Origin: Coprococcus sp.
GTDB lineage: Bacteria > Bacillota > Clostridia > Lachnospirales > Lachnospiraceae
DNA: 64,000 bases
Reading direction: 5' to 3'
NCBI GenBank assembly: GCA_022793995.1
Contig: JAAWDY010000011.1
Span: 49,596-113,595, forward strand
Below are positions 37,562 through 47,284 of the stretch, in pieces. Made by a program: the position numbers and the translations under genes. The notes beneath the pieces were generated by a model. That model was not told the DNA's origin, did no database searches, and saw only the letters and a list, made by a program, of their open reading frames with translations. Numbering within the stretch: the first letter of the stretch is position 1; each line of letters opens with the position of its first letter.

Positions 37562-38758
37562 ATGAGTAAAATTAAGATGACGACGCCGATCGTGGAGATG
37601 GATGGGGATGAGATGACGCGGATTCTCTGGAAGATGATTAAAGATCATCTTCTTATACCCTACATTGAACTCAACACAGAGTATTACGACCTGGGGCTGG
37701 AACACAGGAATGAGACGGACGACCAGGTTACGGTGGATGCGGCCAACGCGGTAAAGAAATACAAAGTGGGTGTAAAATGCGCTACGATCACTCCGAATGC
37801 GGCCAGAGTGAAGGAGTATGGGCTGAAAGAGATGTGGAAAAGTCCGAACGGTACAATCCGTGCGATCCTTGACGGAACCGTATTCCGTGCGCCGATCGTG
37901 GTGAAAGGCATAGAACCCTGCGTCAAGAACTGGAAAAAGCCGATCACGATCGCAAGACATGCTTATGGAGACGTGTACAGAGGAGTGGAGATGAAGATTC
38001 CCGCGCCTGGAAAGGCAGAGCTTGTATACACGGCGGCGGACGGAAGCGAGATGCGGGAGACGATCCACGAGTTCGACGGACCGGGAATCATACAGGGAAT
38101 GCATAATGTCGGCAGTTCGATTGAGAGTTTTGCGAGAAGCTGTTTCTGTTATGCTCTGGATACAAAACAGGATCTTTGGTTTGCGACAAAGGATACGATC
38201 TCCAAGAAATACGACCATACTTTTAAAGATATTTTCCAGGAAATCTTTGACAGTGAATTTAAAGAACGGTTCGAGGACGCAGGGATTACATATTTCTATA
38301 CGTTGATCGACGACGCAGTGGCGCGTGTCATGAAGTCGGAAGGCGGTTATATCTGGGCCTGCAAGAATTACGACGGAGATGTGATGAGCGATATGGTATC
38401 CTCTGCGTTTGGTTCGCTTGCCATGATGACCTCGGTCCTGGTCTCGCCGGAAGGGTACTTTGAGTACGAGGCAGCGCACGGAACGGTGCAGCGCCATTAT
38501 TATCGGCACTTAAAGGGGGAGGAGACGTCCACAAACTCGGTTGCGACCATTTTTGCATGGAGCGGAGCGCTGCGAAAGAGAGGCGAGCTGGATGGAAATA
38601 AGGAGCTGACAGATTTTGCGGACCGCTTGGAAAAAGCGACGGTAGAAACCATCGAGTCCGGTGTCATGACAAAAGATCTGGTGCTTATCACCACATTTCA
38701 GGATCCACAGGTACAAAACAGCGAAGAGTTTATCAAGGCGATCGCGAAAAGGATGTAG
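37562..38758 (+). CDS. icd: NADP-dependent isocitrate dehydrogenase, eukaryotic-like (IDH1/2-type) subfamily
   Basis: [13 protein letters not shown]...[11 protein letters not shown] closely parallels the remembered IDH1 N-terminus. ~398 aa. Confidence 0.9.
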   Translation: MSKIKMTTPIVEMDGDEMTRILWKMIKDHLLIPYIELNTEYYDLGLEHRNETDDQVTVDAANAVKKYKVGVKCATITPNAARVKEYGLKEMWKSPNGTIRAILDGTVFRAPIVVKGIEPCVKNWKKPITIARHAYGDVYRGVEMKIPAPGKAELVYTAADGSEMRETIHEFDGPGIIQGMHNVGSSIESFARSCFCYALDTKQDLWFATKDTISKKYDHTFKDIFQEIFDSEFKERFEDAGITYFYTLIDDAVARVMKSEGGYIWACKNYDGDVMSDMVSSAFGSLAMMTSVLVSPEGYFEYEAAHGTVQRHYYRHLKGEETSTNSVATIFAWSGALRKRGELDGNKELTDFADRLEKATVETIESGVMTKDLVLITTFQDPQVQNSEEFIKAIAKRM

Positions 38759-38784
38759 ATGGAAACGAAGTTTTCTAATATGAT

Positions 38785-38827
38785 AAAAATGGGGGACCCC
38801 GCTATTCGGCGAGAGTCTCCCATTTTT
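38785..38827. terminator. Possible bidirectional terminator between icd and the ABC-F gene
   Basis: AAAAATGGGGGA ... TCTCCCATTTTT: a 12-bp stem (1 G-U) with a 19-nt loop, overlapping the ABC-F stop codon. Confidence 0.4.
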
Positions 38828-40742
38828 CATATAGGATCTCCAGTTCTTGGGCATTGGCTTCTTTCTCATGGGCAAGCTCCTGGCATCTGACAGAATTTGT
38901 ATAAACCTCTTCCTGCGTGAGGAGTTCATCAATCTTTGCGTCGCGATCTTCCAGAATTTCGATCCGTTCTTCCGTTTTCTTTAATTCATTGGCACGCTTT
39001 CGTAACTTAGCCTGTTCTTCCTTGTGCTCCTGCCAGCTCATCCTGGAAGAAGTGGAGGCGTCTCCTTGTGCAAGGGAGGCGTTTACCTGGGACAATTCTT
39101 TTGGCGAGGCAGGGCCGGACGCATAGATGCGGGTCAGTTCCTCCTTTTTCTCCAGATAGTAGTCATAATTTCCGATATAGTTGACAAATGTATTCCCCAC
39201 AAGCTCAAGGATACGGGTGGCGGTCTGGTTGATGAAATACCGGTCATGGGACACATAAAGAAGCGTCCCGGTGTAGTCGTTGAGCGCCTTTTCCAGAATT
39301 TCCTTGGAGGCGATATCAAGGTGGTTGGTCGGCTCGTCCAGGATCAGGAAATTTGCCTCGGAAAGCATAAGCTTTGCAAGGGAAACCCGTCCGCGCTCGC
39401 CGCCGCTTAAGTCCTGGATCAGCTTGAATACATCGTCGCCGGTAAAGAGGAAGGCGGCGAGCATATTGCGGATCTCGGTGTTCGTCAGATTGGGATAAGT
39501 GTCAGATATTTCTTCAAAAATCGTTTTCTCCATATGCAGGACATGGTGTTCCTGGTCGTAATATCCGATCTCTACATTGGTTCCTAAGGTAAAAGTCCCG
39601 GTATCCGCAGGGACTACGTTGTTCAAAATTTTAAGGAGAGTGGTCTTTCCAGTTCCATTATCGCCGATCACAGCCACATGTTCTCCGCGCTTGATCTCAA
39701 AACTCACATCCGTAAATAAAGTCTGTGGCGGAAATGATTTTCCAAGATTCTGTACGGAGAGCACATCGTTTCCGCTTGTGCGGGACGGCTCCAGCACCAG
39801 GTGGATGTCCGTGTTGATCTGTGCGGGTTTCTCCACAATCGTCATTTTACTCAGCATCTTTTCCCGGCTCTCGGCGCGACGGATTGATTTTTCCCGATTA
39901 AAGGAGCGGAGCTTTTCGATCACAGCCTCCTGATGACGGATCTCACGTTGCTGGTTCAAGTATTCTTTCAGCTTGGCGTCTCGGATCTGCTGCTTCTTCT
40001 TAGCATAGGAGCTGTAGTTCCCCTGATAAGAGGTGAGGGTTCCCAGCTCAATCTCCAGTACTTTTGTGACAACGCGGTTCAGAAAATAGCGGTCATGGGA
40101 TACGATGAGGACCGCGCCCGGATAATTCAGCAGATAGTTCTCAAGCCAGGCGATGGAATTCATGTCCAGGTGATTGGTCGGCTCGTCCAGGAGCAGGATA
40201 TCCGGGCGTGTAAGAAGAAGCTTGCCCAGAGATACCCGAGTCTTTTGGCCGCCGGAGAGCGTGTCCACTGGTTTGGAAAATTCTTCTTCCAAAAAACCAA
40301 GCCCTTTAAGGACGCCGGTCAGCTCTGAACGGTATGCGTAGCCGTCGGCCTGTTCAAAATCCGCGGTGAGCCGCTGGTAAAGAGCAAGCTTTTTTTCAAG
40401 TTCTTCTCCGGAAAGACGGCTTAGCTCCTGCTCGATGTTACGAATCTGTTGTTCCATCTCTATGATTTTAGCTTTTGCGGTACGGACCTCGTCATAGATC
40501 GACCGTCCACTCATGAGATCCTGGTGCTGTGCGAGATATCCCAGGGTCTTCCCCTTTGTTAAAAGGACGCTGCCTTCATCGGCTGGAAGTTCCCCCACGA
40601 TCATTTTTAAGACTGTCGATTTTCCAGCGCCGTTTAGCCCGACGATGGCCGCTTTTTCATGGTCTTCTATATGAAAGGAAGCATTCTGTACAATGACTTG
40701 CTCCCCGAATGCTTTTGTAAGGTTATGGCAGGCCAGTATCAT
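38802..40742 (-). CDS. ABC-F family ATPase (two ABC domains, no TM domain, C-terminal coiled coil)
   Basis: Two Walker A motifs (GLNGAGKST, GDNGTGKTT), two signatures (LSGGQKTR, LSGGERGR), an inter-domain linker and a coiled-coil tail. Start at MILAC, 7 nt after GGAGG. Confidence 0.88.
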   Translation of the reverse strand: MILACHNLTKAFGEQVIVQNASFHIEDHEKAAIVGLNGAGKSTVLKMIVGELPADEGSVLLTKGKTLGYLAQHQDLMSGRSIYDEVRTAKAKIIEMEQQIRNIEQELSRLSGEELEKKLALYQRLTADFEQADGYAYRSELTGVLKGLGFLEEEFSKPVDTLSGGQKTRVSLGKLLLTRPDILLLDEPTNHLDMNSIAWLENYLLNYPGAVLIVSHDRYFLNRVVTKVLEIELGTLTSYQGNYSSYAKKKQQIRDAKLKEYLNQQREIRHQEAVIEKLRSFNREKSIRRAESREKMLSKMTIVEKPAQINTDIHLVLEPSRTSGNDVLSVQNLGKSFPPQTLFTDVSFEIKRGEHVAVIGDNGTGKTTLLKILNNVVPADTGTFTLGTNVEIGYYDQEHHVLHMEKTIFEEISDTYPNLTNTEIRNMLAAFLFTGDDVFKLIQDLSGGERGRVSLAKLMLSEANFLILDEPTNHLDIASKEILEKALNDYTGTLLYVSHDRYFINQTATRILELVGNTFVNYIGNYDYYLEKKEELTRIYASGPASPKELSQVNASLAQGDASTSSRMSWQEHKEEQAKLRKRANELKKTEERIEILEDRDAKIDELLTQEEVYTNSVRCQELAHEKEANAQELEILYEKWETLAE

Positions 40743-40818
40743 ATTCATTCCTCCTGGTAACTTATCTGATGTCATCTACCTCATTATATCGGAATCACGG
40801 CAAAAAACAACTATAAAG

Positions 40819-40848
40819 TTTGACTTTTTTGTGTCAGTTTTATATAAT
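40819..40848 (+). promoter_or_regulatory. Candidate rex promoter
   Basis: TTGACT - 18 nt - TATAAT. Confidence 0.6.
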
Positions 40849-40882
40849 ATGGAATAGCAAAAGATGGAAGGTGGATGCCAAA

Positions 40883-41533
40883 GTGGAGGAAAGAGAAATA
40901 TCCCAGGCAGTGATTAGAAGGCTGCCGAGATACTATCGTTATCTGGGAGAACTATTGGAGCATGACGTAGAACGTATCTCCTCTAATGATCTGAGTAAAC
41001 GGATGAAAGTGACTGCTTCTCAGATACGGCAGGATCTGAACAATTTCGGAGGATTTGGACAGCAAGGCTATGGGTATAATGTAAAATATTTATATACGGA
41101 GATCGGCAAGATATTAGGGCTGGATGTGAAACACAACATCATTATCATCGGCGCAGGCAATCTTGGGCAGGCGCTTGCCAACTATGAAGCTTTTGAGAGT
41201 AGAGGATTCCTTCTTAAAGGGATTTTTGATGTCAATCCTAAGCTTACCGGGATTTCGGTACGTGGGATCCCGATCCGGACGATGGAAGACCTTGTCGATT
41301 TCCTGAAGGTCAATGAGATCGAGATCGGAGTTCTTACGATTCCGAAGGAATACGCAGTGGAGGTGGCCGGGCTTTTGACAGCGAACGGTGTAAAGGCAAT
41401 CTGGAATTTTGCACATATTGACCTGAACCTTCCCCCCAATATCGTGGTGGAGAATGTGCACTTATCAGAGAGCCTAATGCGTTTGTCGTACAACATCACT
41501 CGCTGCAATGCTGAGCAAAAGAATGAGAAATAA
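40883..41533 (+). CDS. rex: Redox-sensing transcriptional repressor Rex
   Basis: ISQAVIRRLPRYYRYL wHTH motif and the IIIIGAGNLGQALANY Rossmann motif. GTG start chosen 7 nt after AAGGTGGA; the longer ORF starts at 40820. Confidence 0.88.
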   Translation: MEEREISQAVIRRLPRYYRYLGELLEHDVERISSNDLSKRMKVTASQIRQDLNNFGGFGQQGYGYNVKYLYTEIGKILGLDVKHNIIIIGAGNLGQALANYEAFESRGFLLKGIFDVNPKLTGISVRGIPIRTMEDLVDFLKVNEIEIGVLTIPKEYAVEVAGLLTANGVKAIWNFAHIDLNLPPNIVVENVHLSESLMRLSYNITRCNAEQKNEK

Positions 41534-41550
41534 CGTAAGCGGTACTGCCG

Positions 41551-41583
41551 ACGTGTAGGGAAGGTTTTTCTCTGCACGTTTTT
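41551..41583 (+). terminator. rex terminator
   Basis: ACGTGTAG-n13-CTGCACGT (one G-U) followed by TTTTT. Confidence 0.55.
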
Positions 41584-41643
41584 AGAATACGGACAGCTCT
41601 TATGATCCGTAAACAAATTAGATTTAAAGAAAGGATTTAGACC

Positions 41644-43167
41644 ATGAAATACATTTTGACGGCAGCTCAGATGAAGGAATCCGACAGGCGGATGATCGAA
41701 GAGATCGGCGTTCCTTCCCTGGTATTGATGGAACGCGCGGCTCTCCAATGTGTAAACGCGATGAAGGAGGAGAATGCAGATCTTACGCGTGTGCTTATCG
41801 TGTGTGGATCCGGGAATAACGGCGGGGACGGATTTGCTATCGCCCGCATCCTGGCGGAAGAGGGAAGGGACGTAGACGTAGTATTTGTGGGAAACGAAGC
41901 CTCCCGCAGCAAGGAAACCTGCGTGCAGATGCAAATTTTAAGCAATCTGGGCATATCCGTAGGAAAATGTTTGCCAGAAAGGGAATATAGTGTTATCATA
42001 GATGCCATATTTGGGATTGGGCTGTCCAGAAGGATCGAGGGAAAATACCGGGAGATCATTGAGAGGATGAACCGGTACAAAGGCTATCGCGTCGCCGTAG
42101 ATATCCCGTCTGGTATAGACGCTGATTCAGGACAGGTGCTAGGTCTTGCCTTCCGTGCGGATATGACAGTGACATTCGTCTGCATGAAGGCAGGGATGGT
42201 TCTTTTTCCGGGGTCAGAGTATGCTGGGAAAGTCGTGGAAAAGCCGATCGGTATCGTTGTGGATCCGCGTCTGGAAAAGCAGGAAGATGTATTCTATACA
42301 TTAGACCGTTCGGATATTGGGAAACGGATGCCAAAGCGGATGCCGGATTCCAATAAAGGAACATACGGAAGAGTACTCGTCATTGCGGGGAGCAAAGGAA
42401 TGTCTGGCGCAGCATACTTAAGCGCGAAGGCGGCGTATACCACAGGCGCAGGGCTTGTCCGGATCTATACGGAAGAAACGAACCGCACGATCCTTCAGCA
42501 GCTTCTTCCAGAGGCTGTGATGACGACCTATGATGCAGGGGAAGCGGACTGTTTCAAAGAACTTCCAGGACTTCTTAAGTGGGCAGGCGTCGTATGTCTT
42601 GGCTGCGGGCTTGGCACAGGAGAGACATCGGTAAGACTGGTAAGAGAAGTATTAAGGCAGAATCAGAAGCCCTGTGTGATCGATGCGGACGGTCTCAACC
42701 TGCTCTCCGCATTTTCCGAAGCAGAGTGGCGCGGGTGGACGCGTGCAGAGGGGCAGTATGTCCTAACCCCCCATATGAAGGAAATGTCCCGGCTCACTGG
42801 CTGTACGTTGGAAGAATGGAAGAAAGACAGGGTAAAACGACTTAGAAATTTTGTACGTGAGGAAAATGTCATCTGTGCTCTGAAGGACAGCCGGACATTG
42901 GCTGCGTGCAGAGGGCAGAAGATGTTTCTAAACAGGACGGGGAATGCCGCCATGGCTAAGGCAGGCGCAGGAGATGTCCTCGCCGGCGTGATCGCCGCTT
43001 TGATGGCCCAGGGAATGCCGGCGTATGAGGCCGCTGTGCTGGGGGTATGCCTTCATGGACTTGCAGGGGATGCGGCAAAAGAAAGATGCGGGCCATACAG
43101 CGTCCTGGGCGAGGATATCATAAAGGGGCTCAAAGAGGCGCTTAATAATTTGGAGGAAAAATCATGA
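41644..43167 (+). CDS. nnr: Bifunctional NAD(P)H-hydrate repair enzyme Nnr (YjeF_N epimerase + ADP-dependent dehydratase)
   Basis: N-terminal CGSGNNGGDGF motif and a C-terminal carbohydrate-kinase-like domain (GTYGRVLVIAGS..., GAGDVLAGVIAAL). Confidence 0.88.
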   Translation: MKYILTAAQMKESDRRMIEEIGVPSLVLMERAALQCVNAMKEENADLTRVLIVCGSGNNGGDGFAIARILAEEGRDVDVVFVGNEASRSKETCVQMQILSNLGISVGKCLPEREYSVIIDAIFGIGLSRRIEGKYREIIERMNRYKGYRVAVDIPSGIDADSGQVLGLAFRADMTVTFVCMKAGMVLFPGSEYAGKVVEKPIGIVVDPRLEKQEDVFYTLDRSDIGKRMPKRMPDSNKGTYGRVLVIAGSKGMSGAAYLSAKAAYTTGAGLVRIYTEETNRTILQQLLPEAVMTTYDAGEADCFKELPGLLKWAGVVCLGCGLGTGETSVRLVREVLRQNQKPCVIDADGLNLLSAFSEAEWRGWTRAEGQYVLTPHMKEMSRLTGCTLEEWKKDRVKRLRNFVREENVICALKDSRTLAACRGQKMFLNRTGNAAMAKAGAGDVLAGVIAALMAQGMPAYEAAVLGVCLHGLAGDAAKERCGPYSVLGEDIIKGLKEALNNLEEKS

Positions 43168-44327
43168 AACATTACAGCAGGCTACGTGCAGTGGTAGATC
43201 TGGATGCAGTGATGTATAATATAGAGAGCATGCACGCGAATCTTCGCGGCGGCACACAGATGATCGTGGTCGTCAAGATGGACGGATACGGGCACGGTGC
43301 TGTTCCCATCGCAAAGATGCTGGAGGATGCGGGCTATGTGTGGGGCTATGCAGTTGCCACGTTTGACGAGGGGACGATCCTTCGCCATGCCGGTATCAAA
43401 AAACCGATCCTTTGTCTGGGCTGTGTATTCCCGGAGCAGTTTGGGGAGATGATAGATAAGGCAATACGGATGACCGTTTATGACAAAGAGATGGCCTATC
43501 TCGCATCAGAGAAAGCCTGTGAGATGGGAAAGCAGGCAATATTCCATATCAAGGTCGATACAGGGATGTCAAGGCTTGGATTTTTGCCGGGTGAAGCCAG
43601 CGAGGAGGAGATCGCCCAGATATGCCGCCTTCCAGGCGTGGTTCCGGAAGGAATATTTACCCATTTCGCGAAGGCGGACGAGGAGGATAAAGAGCCGTCC
43701 CAAAAGGCGCTTGCCTTATTGCGGCAGACGGTAGAGAATCTGGCGCAGCAAGGGATTCGTTTCCCAATCTGCCATGCCTCCAACAGTGCGGCGATCATTG
43801 ATATGCCTGAAGCGAACTTAGATCTCGTGCGTGCCGGTATCGCGGTTTACGGGCTTTACCCTTCCGACGAGGTGGGCCACAAGAAGGTTTCCTTAAAACC
43901 GGCGATGGAGCTGATTGCCCATGTGACCTATGTGAAATGGATTGAACCGGGGACGCAGGTAAGCTATGGAGGGACATTTACAGCTCCAGAGAGGATGCGG
44001 ATCGCCACGGTGCCTGTCGGATATGGGGACGGCTACCCCAGAAGCCTTTCCAGAAAAGGCTATGTCCTGATTCATGGAAAGAAGGCTCCGATTCTCGGGA
44101 ATGTCTGTATGGATCAATTCATGGTGGACGTGACCCATATTCCCGAAACCGCGTTTGGAGATAAAGTGACCCTGGTAGGAAAAGATGGGGACGAGGTTCT
44201 GACAGTGGAGGAACTTAGCAGGTTGTCCGGCAGATTCCATTATGAATTTGTCTGCGATATCAACAAACGGGTTCCCAGGGAATATGTCAGAGACGGGAAA
44301 ATCGTAGCACAGTCCGATTATTTTTAA
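43164..44327 (+). CDS. alr: Alanine racemase
   Basis: VVKMDGYGHG PLP-lysine motif and a C-terminal PVGYGDGYPR block. ATGA overlap with nnr. Confidence 0.93.
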   Translation: MKHYSRLRAVVDLDAVMYNIESMHANLRGGTQMIVVVKMDGYGHGAVPIAKMLEDAGYVWGYAVATFDEGTILRHAGIKKPILCLGCVFPEQFGEMIDKAIRMTVYDKEMAYLASEKACEMGKQAIFHIKVDTGMSRLGFLPGEASEEEIAQICRLPGVVPEGIFTHFAKADEEDKEPSQKALALLRQTVENLAQQGIRFPICHASNSAAIIDMPEANLDLVRAGIAVYGLYPSDEVGHKKVSLKPAMELIAHVTYVKWIEPGTQVSYGGTFTAPERMRIATVPVGYGDGYPRSLSRKGYVLIHGKKAPILGNVCMDQFMVDVTHIPETAFGDKVTLVGKDGDEVLTVEELSRLSGRFHYEFVCDINKRVPREYVRDGKIVAQSDYF

Positions 44328-44397
44328 ACGGCCATGCTGCATACTTCCGAAAAAAGATGGAAATACTTTGTTTATCTTGTGATCGGAGAGTGAGAAA

Positions 44398-44745
44398 ATG
44401 CAGATTAGGCGTGGAGATATTTATTATGCAGATTTAAGCCCTGTTGTTGGGTCGGAGCAAGGGGGGATACGCCCGGTGCTCATTATACAGAACGACACAG
44501 GCAACCGTCACAGCCCGACGGTGATCTGTGCGGCGATTACATCCAGGATGAACAAGGCAAAGCTGCCGACCCATGTGGAGATTGATTCCAGGCGGTATAA
44601 GATCGTGAAGGATTCCGTCGTCCTTCTTGAGCAGATACGGACGATCGACAAACAGCGGCTAAAGGATCAGGTCTGCCATGTAGACCGTGAACTGATGAGG
44701 AAAATTGATGAGGCGTTGTGCGTGAGCCTGATGCTTCATACATAG
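44398..44745 (+). CDS. mazF: MazF/PemK-family endoribonuclease toxin (EndoA/NdoA-like)
   Basis: [29 protein letters not shown]...LPTHVEI...[14 protein letters not shown] is highly similar to the remembered B. subtilis EndoA sequence. Confidence 0.9.
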   Translation: MQIRRGDIYYADLSPVVGSEQGGIRPVLIIQNDTGNRHSPTVICAAITSRMNKAKLPTHVEIDSRRYKIVKDSVVLLEQIRTIDKQRLKDQVCHVDRELMRKIDEALCVSLMLHT

Positions 44746-44767
44746 TAAAGGAGATTTATTGTAGATT

Positions 44768-45607
44768 ATGGAAGATGAAGGCAGTTTACTGCAGAAAATG
44801 AGAAGAGTATTTTCGGACAATGAGGACCAGGAGCGGATTGCTGAAGAGATCATTGACAAGGTGGAAGAAGGGTATCAAAAGGGAGTGCTCGCGAAAAGAG
44901 AGATGAAGATGATATGTAATATCTTCGGCTACATGGACGCGGAAGCAAAGGATATCATGATCCACCGAAAGAATATCGTGGGGCTTGACGGCGAGGCGAC
45001 GCTTTCGGAAGCGCTGAATTTCATATTAGAGACGAATCACTCTCGGTTCCCAATATACGACGGGGATATTGACACCATCATCGGAATGATTCATCTGAGA
45101 GATGCCATGAAGTGTTATTTTAACGAATCGCTGCGTAATGTACCGATGAAAGAGCTGAAGGGGTATATTCGCCCGGTAAGTTTTATACCGGAGACGCGCG
45201 GGATCGATAAACTGTTCCAGAAGATGCAGGAAGTAAAAAGGCACATGGCCGTGGTTGTTGACGAATACGGTCAGACGGCGGGGATCGTGACAATGGAGGA
45301 TATCATCGAAGAGATTGTCGGGAATATCCAGGATGAGTACGACGAGGAAGAAGAACTGATCGTGAAGCAGGCGGACGGTACATATATCGTAGACGGGATG
45401 ACGCAGCTCGAGGACCTGGAAGAACTGCTTGGGCTGGATTTCGATGAAGAGGATTATGATACTCTGAACGGATATCTGATCGACTGCCTGGACAGGATAC
45501 CGTCGGAGGATGAAAAATGTTCCGTACAGTTTGAAAGATTTGTATTCCAGATTTTGTCGATTGACAACAATACGATCAGAAAGGTCCGGGTCAAAAAAGA
45601 GGACTAA
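44768..45607 (+). CDS. CBS-pair + CorC_HlyC domain protein (CorC/TlyC-like, no DUF21 membrane domain)
   Basis: DIMIHRKNIV...RFPIYDGDIDTIIGMIHLRD (CBS), AVVVDEYGQTAGIVTMEDIIEEIVG, and a C-terminal transporter-associated domain. Confidence 0.8.
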   Translation: MEDEGSLLQKMRRVFSDNEDQERIAEEIIDKVEEGYQKGVLAKREMKMICNIFGYMDAEAKDIMIHRKNIVGLDGEATLSEALNFILETNHSRFPIYDGDIDTIIGMIHLRDAMKCYFNESLRNVPMKELKGYIRPVSFIPETRGIDKLFQKMQEVKRHMAVVVDEYGQTAGIVTMEDIIEEIVGNIQDEYDEEEELIVKQADGTYIVDGMTQLEDLEELLGLDFDEEDYDTLNGYLIDCLDRIPSEDEKCSVQFERFVFQILSIDNNTIRKVRVKKED

Positions 45608-45733
45608 TACTTGTCAGTGGCAGGAAAGAGTGCTAGAATAAGACGGACAGCCGCCAAATGTACATGCAGGCATGTCCGTTTGGCCCGTTGTTTTGTGGAA
45701 ATAAATAGAACCATACATAGAGAGGAAAAGATT

Positions 45734-46465
45734 ATGTCAGGACATTCAAAATTTGCGAATATCAAGCACAAAAAGGAGAAGAATGATACCGCAAAAGGGA
45801 AAATATTTACAAAGATCGGACGTGAGATCGCAGTGGCGGTCAAAGAGGGCGGCGGGGCGGACCCGGCGAACAACAGCAGGCTGCGCGATGTGATCGCGAA
45901 GGCGAAGGCGAACAATATGCCGAACGATAATATTGACAGGAGTATCAAAAAAGCGGCCGGAGACGGGGACGCCAATAATTATGAGCGTATCACTTACGAG
46001 GGATACGGACCCAATGGAACGGCGATCATTGTCGACGCTCTGACGGACAACCGGAACCGTACGGCTTCTAATGTGCGCAGCGCATTTACAAAGGGAAAAG
46101 GAAATATCGGAACTTCCGGCTGTGTTTCTTTCATGTTTGACCGGAAAGGGCAGATCATCATCGACAAAGAAGAATGTGAAATGGATGCGGATGACCTGAT
46201 GATGCAGGTCTTGGACGCAGGCGCCGAAGACTTTTCTGAGGAGGAGGACAGTTATGAGGTCCTGACCTCCCCGGATGATTTCAGCGAGGTGCGCCTTGCG
46301 CTCGAAGAAGCGGATATTCCTATGGCAAGCGCGGAGATTACGATGATCCCGCAGACCTGGGTGAAGCTGGAGAATGAAGAAGATGTGAAAAATATCCAGA
46401 AAACCTTGGATCTCCTGGAAGATGACGACGACGTCCAGGAGGTATACCATAATTGGGAAGAGTAG
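45734..46465 (+). CDS. yebC: YebC/PmpR-family DNA-binding regulator
   Basis: [33 protein letters not shown]-terminus is diagnostic. Start at the internal ATG at 45734. Confidence 0.92.
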   Translation: MSGHSKFANIKHKKEKNDTAKGKIFTKIGREIAVAVKEGGGADPANNSRLRDVIAKAKANNMPNDNIDRSIKKAAGDGDANNYERITYEGYGPNGTAIIVDALTDNRNRTASNVRSAFTKGKGNIGTSGCVSFMFDRKGQIIIDKEECEMDADDLMMQVLDAGAEDFSEEEDSYEVLTSPDDFSEVRLALEEADIPMASAEITMIPQTWVKLENEEDVKNIQKTLDLLEDDDDVQEVYHNWEE

Positions 46466-46489
46466 ATCCAAAAAATGGGAGGTCCAAAG

Positions 46490-47257
46490 ATGACGCAGAG
46501 TATAGAAAACGATCTAGACGAGTTGTTCAAACTGATTGTTCCGCTTTCCAAGGGATTTAATAAGAAAAATTATGAAGGCGCGTTTCGTCAGCAATACGAA
46601 CGGTTTAACCCACTTTTTACGGAGATCGCAGAAGTATGTGAAGACGCCGAAGGCGGCGAAGCGGCGATCGATGAGATCGCCGGAGTCCTTCCAGGTAAGA
46701 TGCATGCGCTTCTTGCGAAAGAGAGCTCCAAGAGGAAAAAGGAGAACTTGCTGATGCAGTATAATTTAGGCATGGTGGCATTTGTCATTCCTTTGTTCCG
46801 CTATGGCCGGTTGGAGGTCTTTGAGAAGATTGTGGACAAAATGGTAGTCCTGTGGAATGATAATGAGTTCCCAATGGACATCAGTAAATCCACATTCGAG
46901 GATATCCAGTCCGGTTTCAAGCCGCACTTTTGCTATATTACCACAGCCGTCTGTCAAAGCCTGGGGAAACCGGACGACTGTGCGGAATTGAACCTGATGA
47001 GGGATTACCGGGACGGATATCTCGCGCAGCAGGAAGACGGGGCGGACGTGATCGGGGAATACTATGACATTGCGCCTACGATTGTGAAAAGAATCGCGAA
47101 ACGAGAAGACGCGGATGCCGTTTACCGGGAGATATGGCAGACGTATCTGTACCCATGTATTTCGCTGATTCAAGCGGACAGGCTGGAGGAATGCCGAGAG
47201 CTGTATGTGGATATGGTGCGTTCCCTGCGTGAAAAATATATCTATCTGTGCAGTTGA
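46490..47257 (+). CDS. Hypothetical two-part protein with a Cys-containing C-terminal domain (CYITTAVC...DDCAEL..MRDYRD)
   Basis: Clean ORF with GGAGG 8 nt before the ATG at 46490. I recall the C-terminal motif pattern from small Firmicutes/phage proteins but cannot name the family. Confidence 0.6.
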   Translation: MTQSIENDLDELFKLIVPLSKGFNKKNYEGAFRQQYERFNPLFTEIAEVCEDAEGGEAAIDEIAGVLPGKMHALLAKESSKRKKENLLMQYNLGMVAFVIPLFRYGRLEVFEKIVDKMVVLWNDNEFPMDISKSTFEDIQSGFKPHFCYITTAVCQSLGKPDDCAELNLMRDYRDGYLAQQEDGADVIGEYYDIAPTIVKRIAKREDADAVYREIWQTYLYPCISLIQADRLEECRELYVDMVRSLREKYIYLCS

Positions 47258-47284
47258 AACTGTGATTCATAGGAGGAATAGAAG

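Noticed and set aside
38806-38816. CTATTCGGCGA matching the hairpin loop/arm of the 37.3-kb tandem repeat unit.
   Set aside because: It lies in the coding 3' end of the ABC-F gene (stop plus the codons for ...LAE). It lacks the rest of the unit, so it is most likely coincidental.
38802-40742. ABC-F protein as an antibiotic-resistance (ARE) ribosome-protection factor.
   Set aside because: Domain layout alone cannot separate ARE from housekeeping ABC-F proteins (EttA/Uup/YdiF-like). The chromosomal core context and lack of mobile-element neighbours favour a housekeeping role. A phylogenetic placement would be needed.
44334-44393. 19-codon ORF between alr and mazF as a mini-antitoxin.
   Set aside because: It has no RBS, is hydrophobic and basic, and is far shorter than any MazE/EndoAI-type antitoxin. 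It is kept only as a control candidate in the mazF finding.
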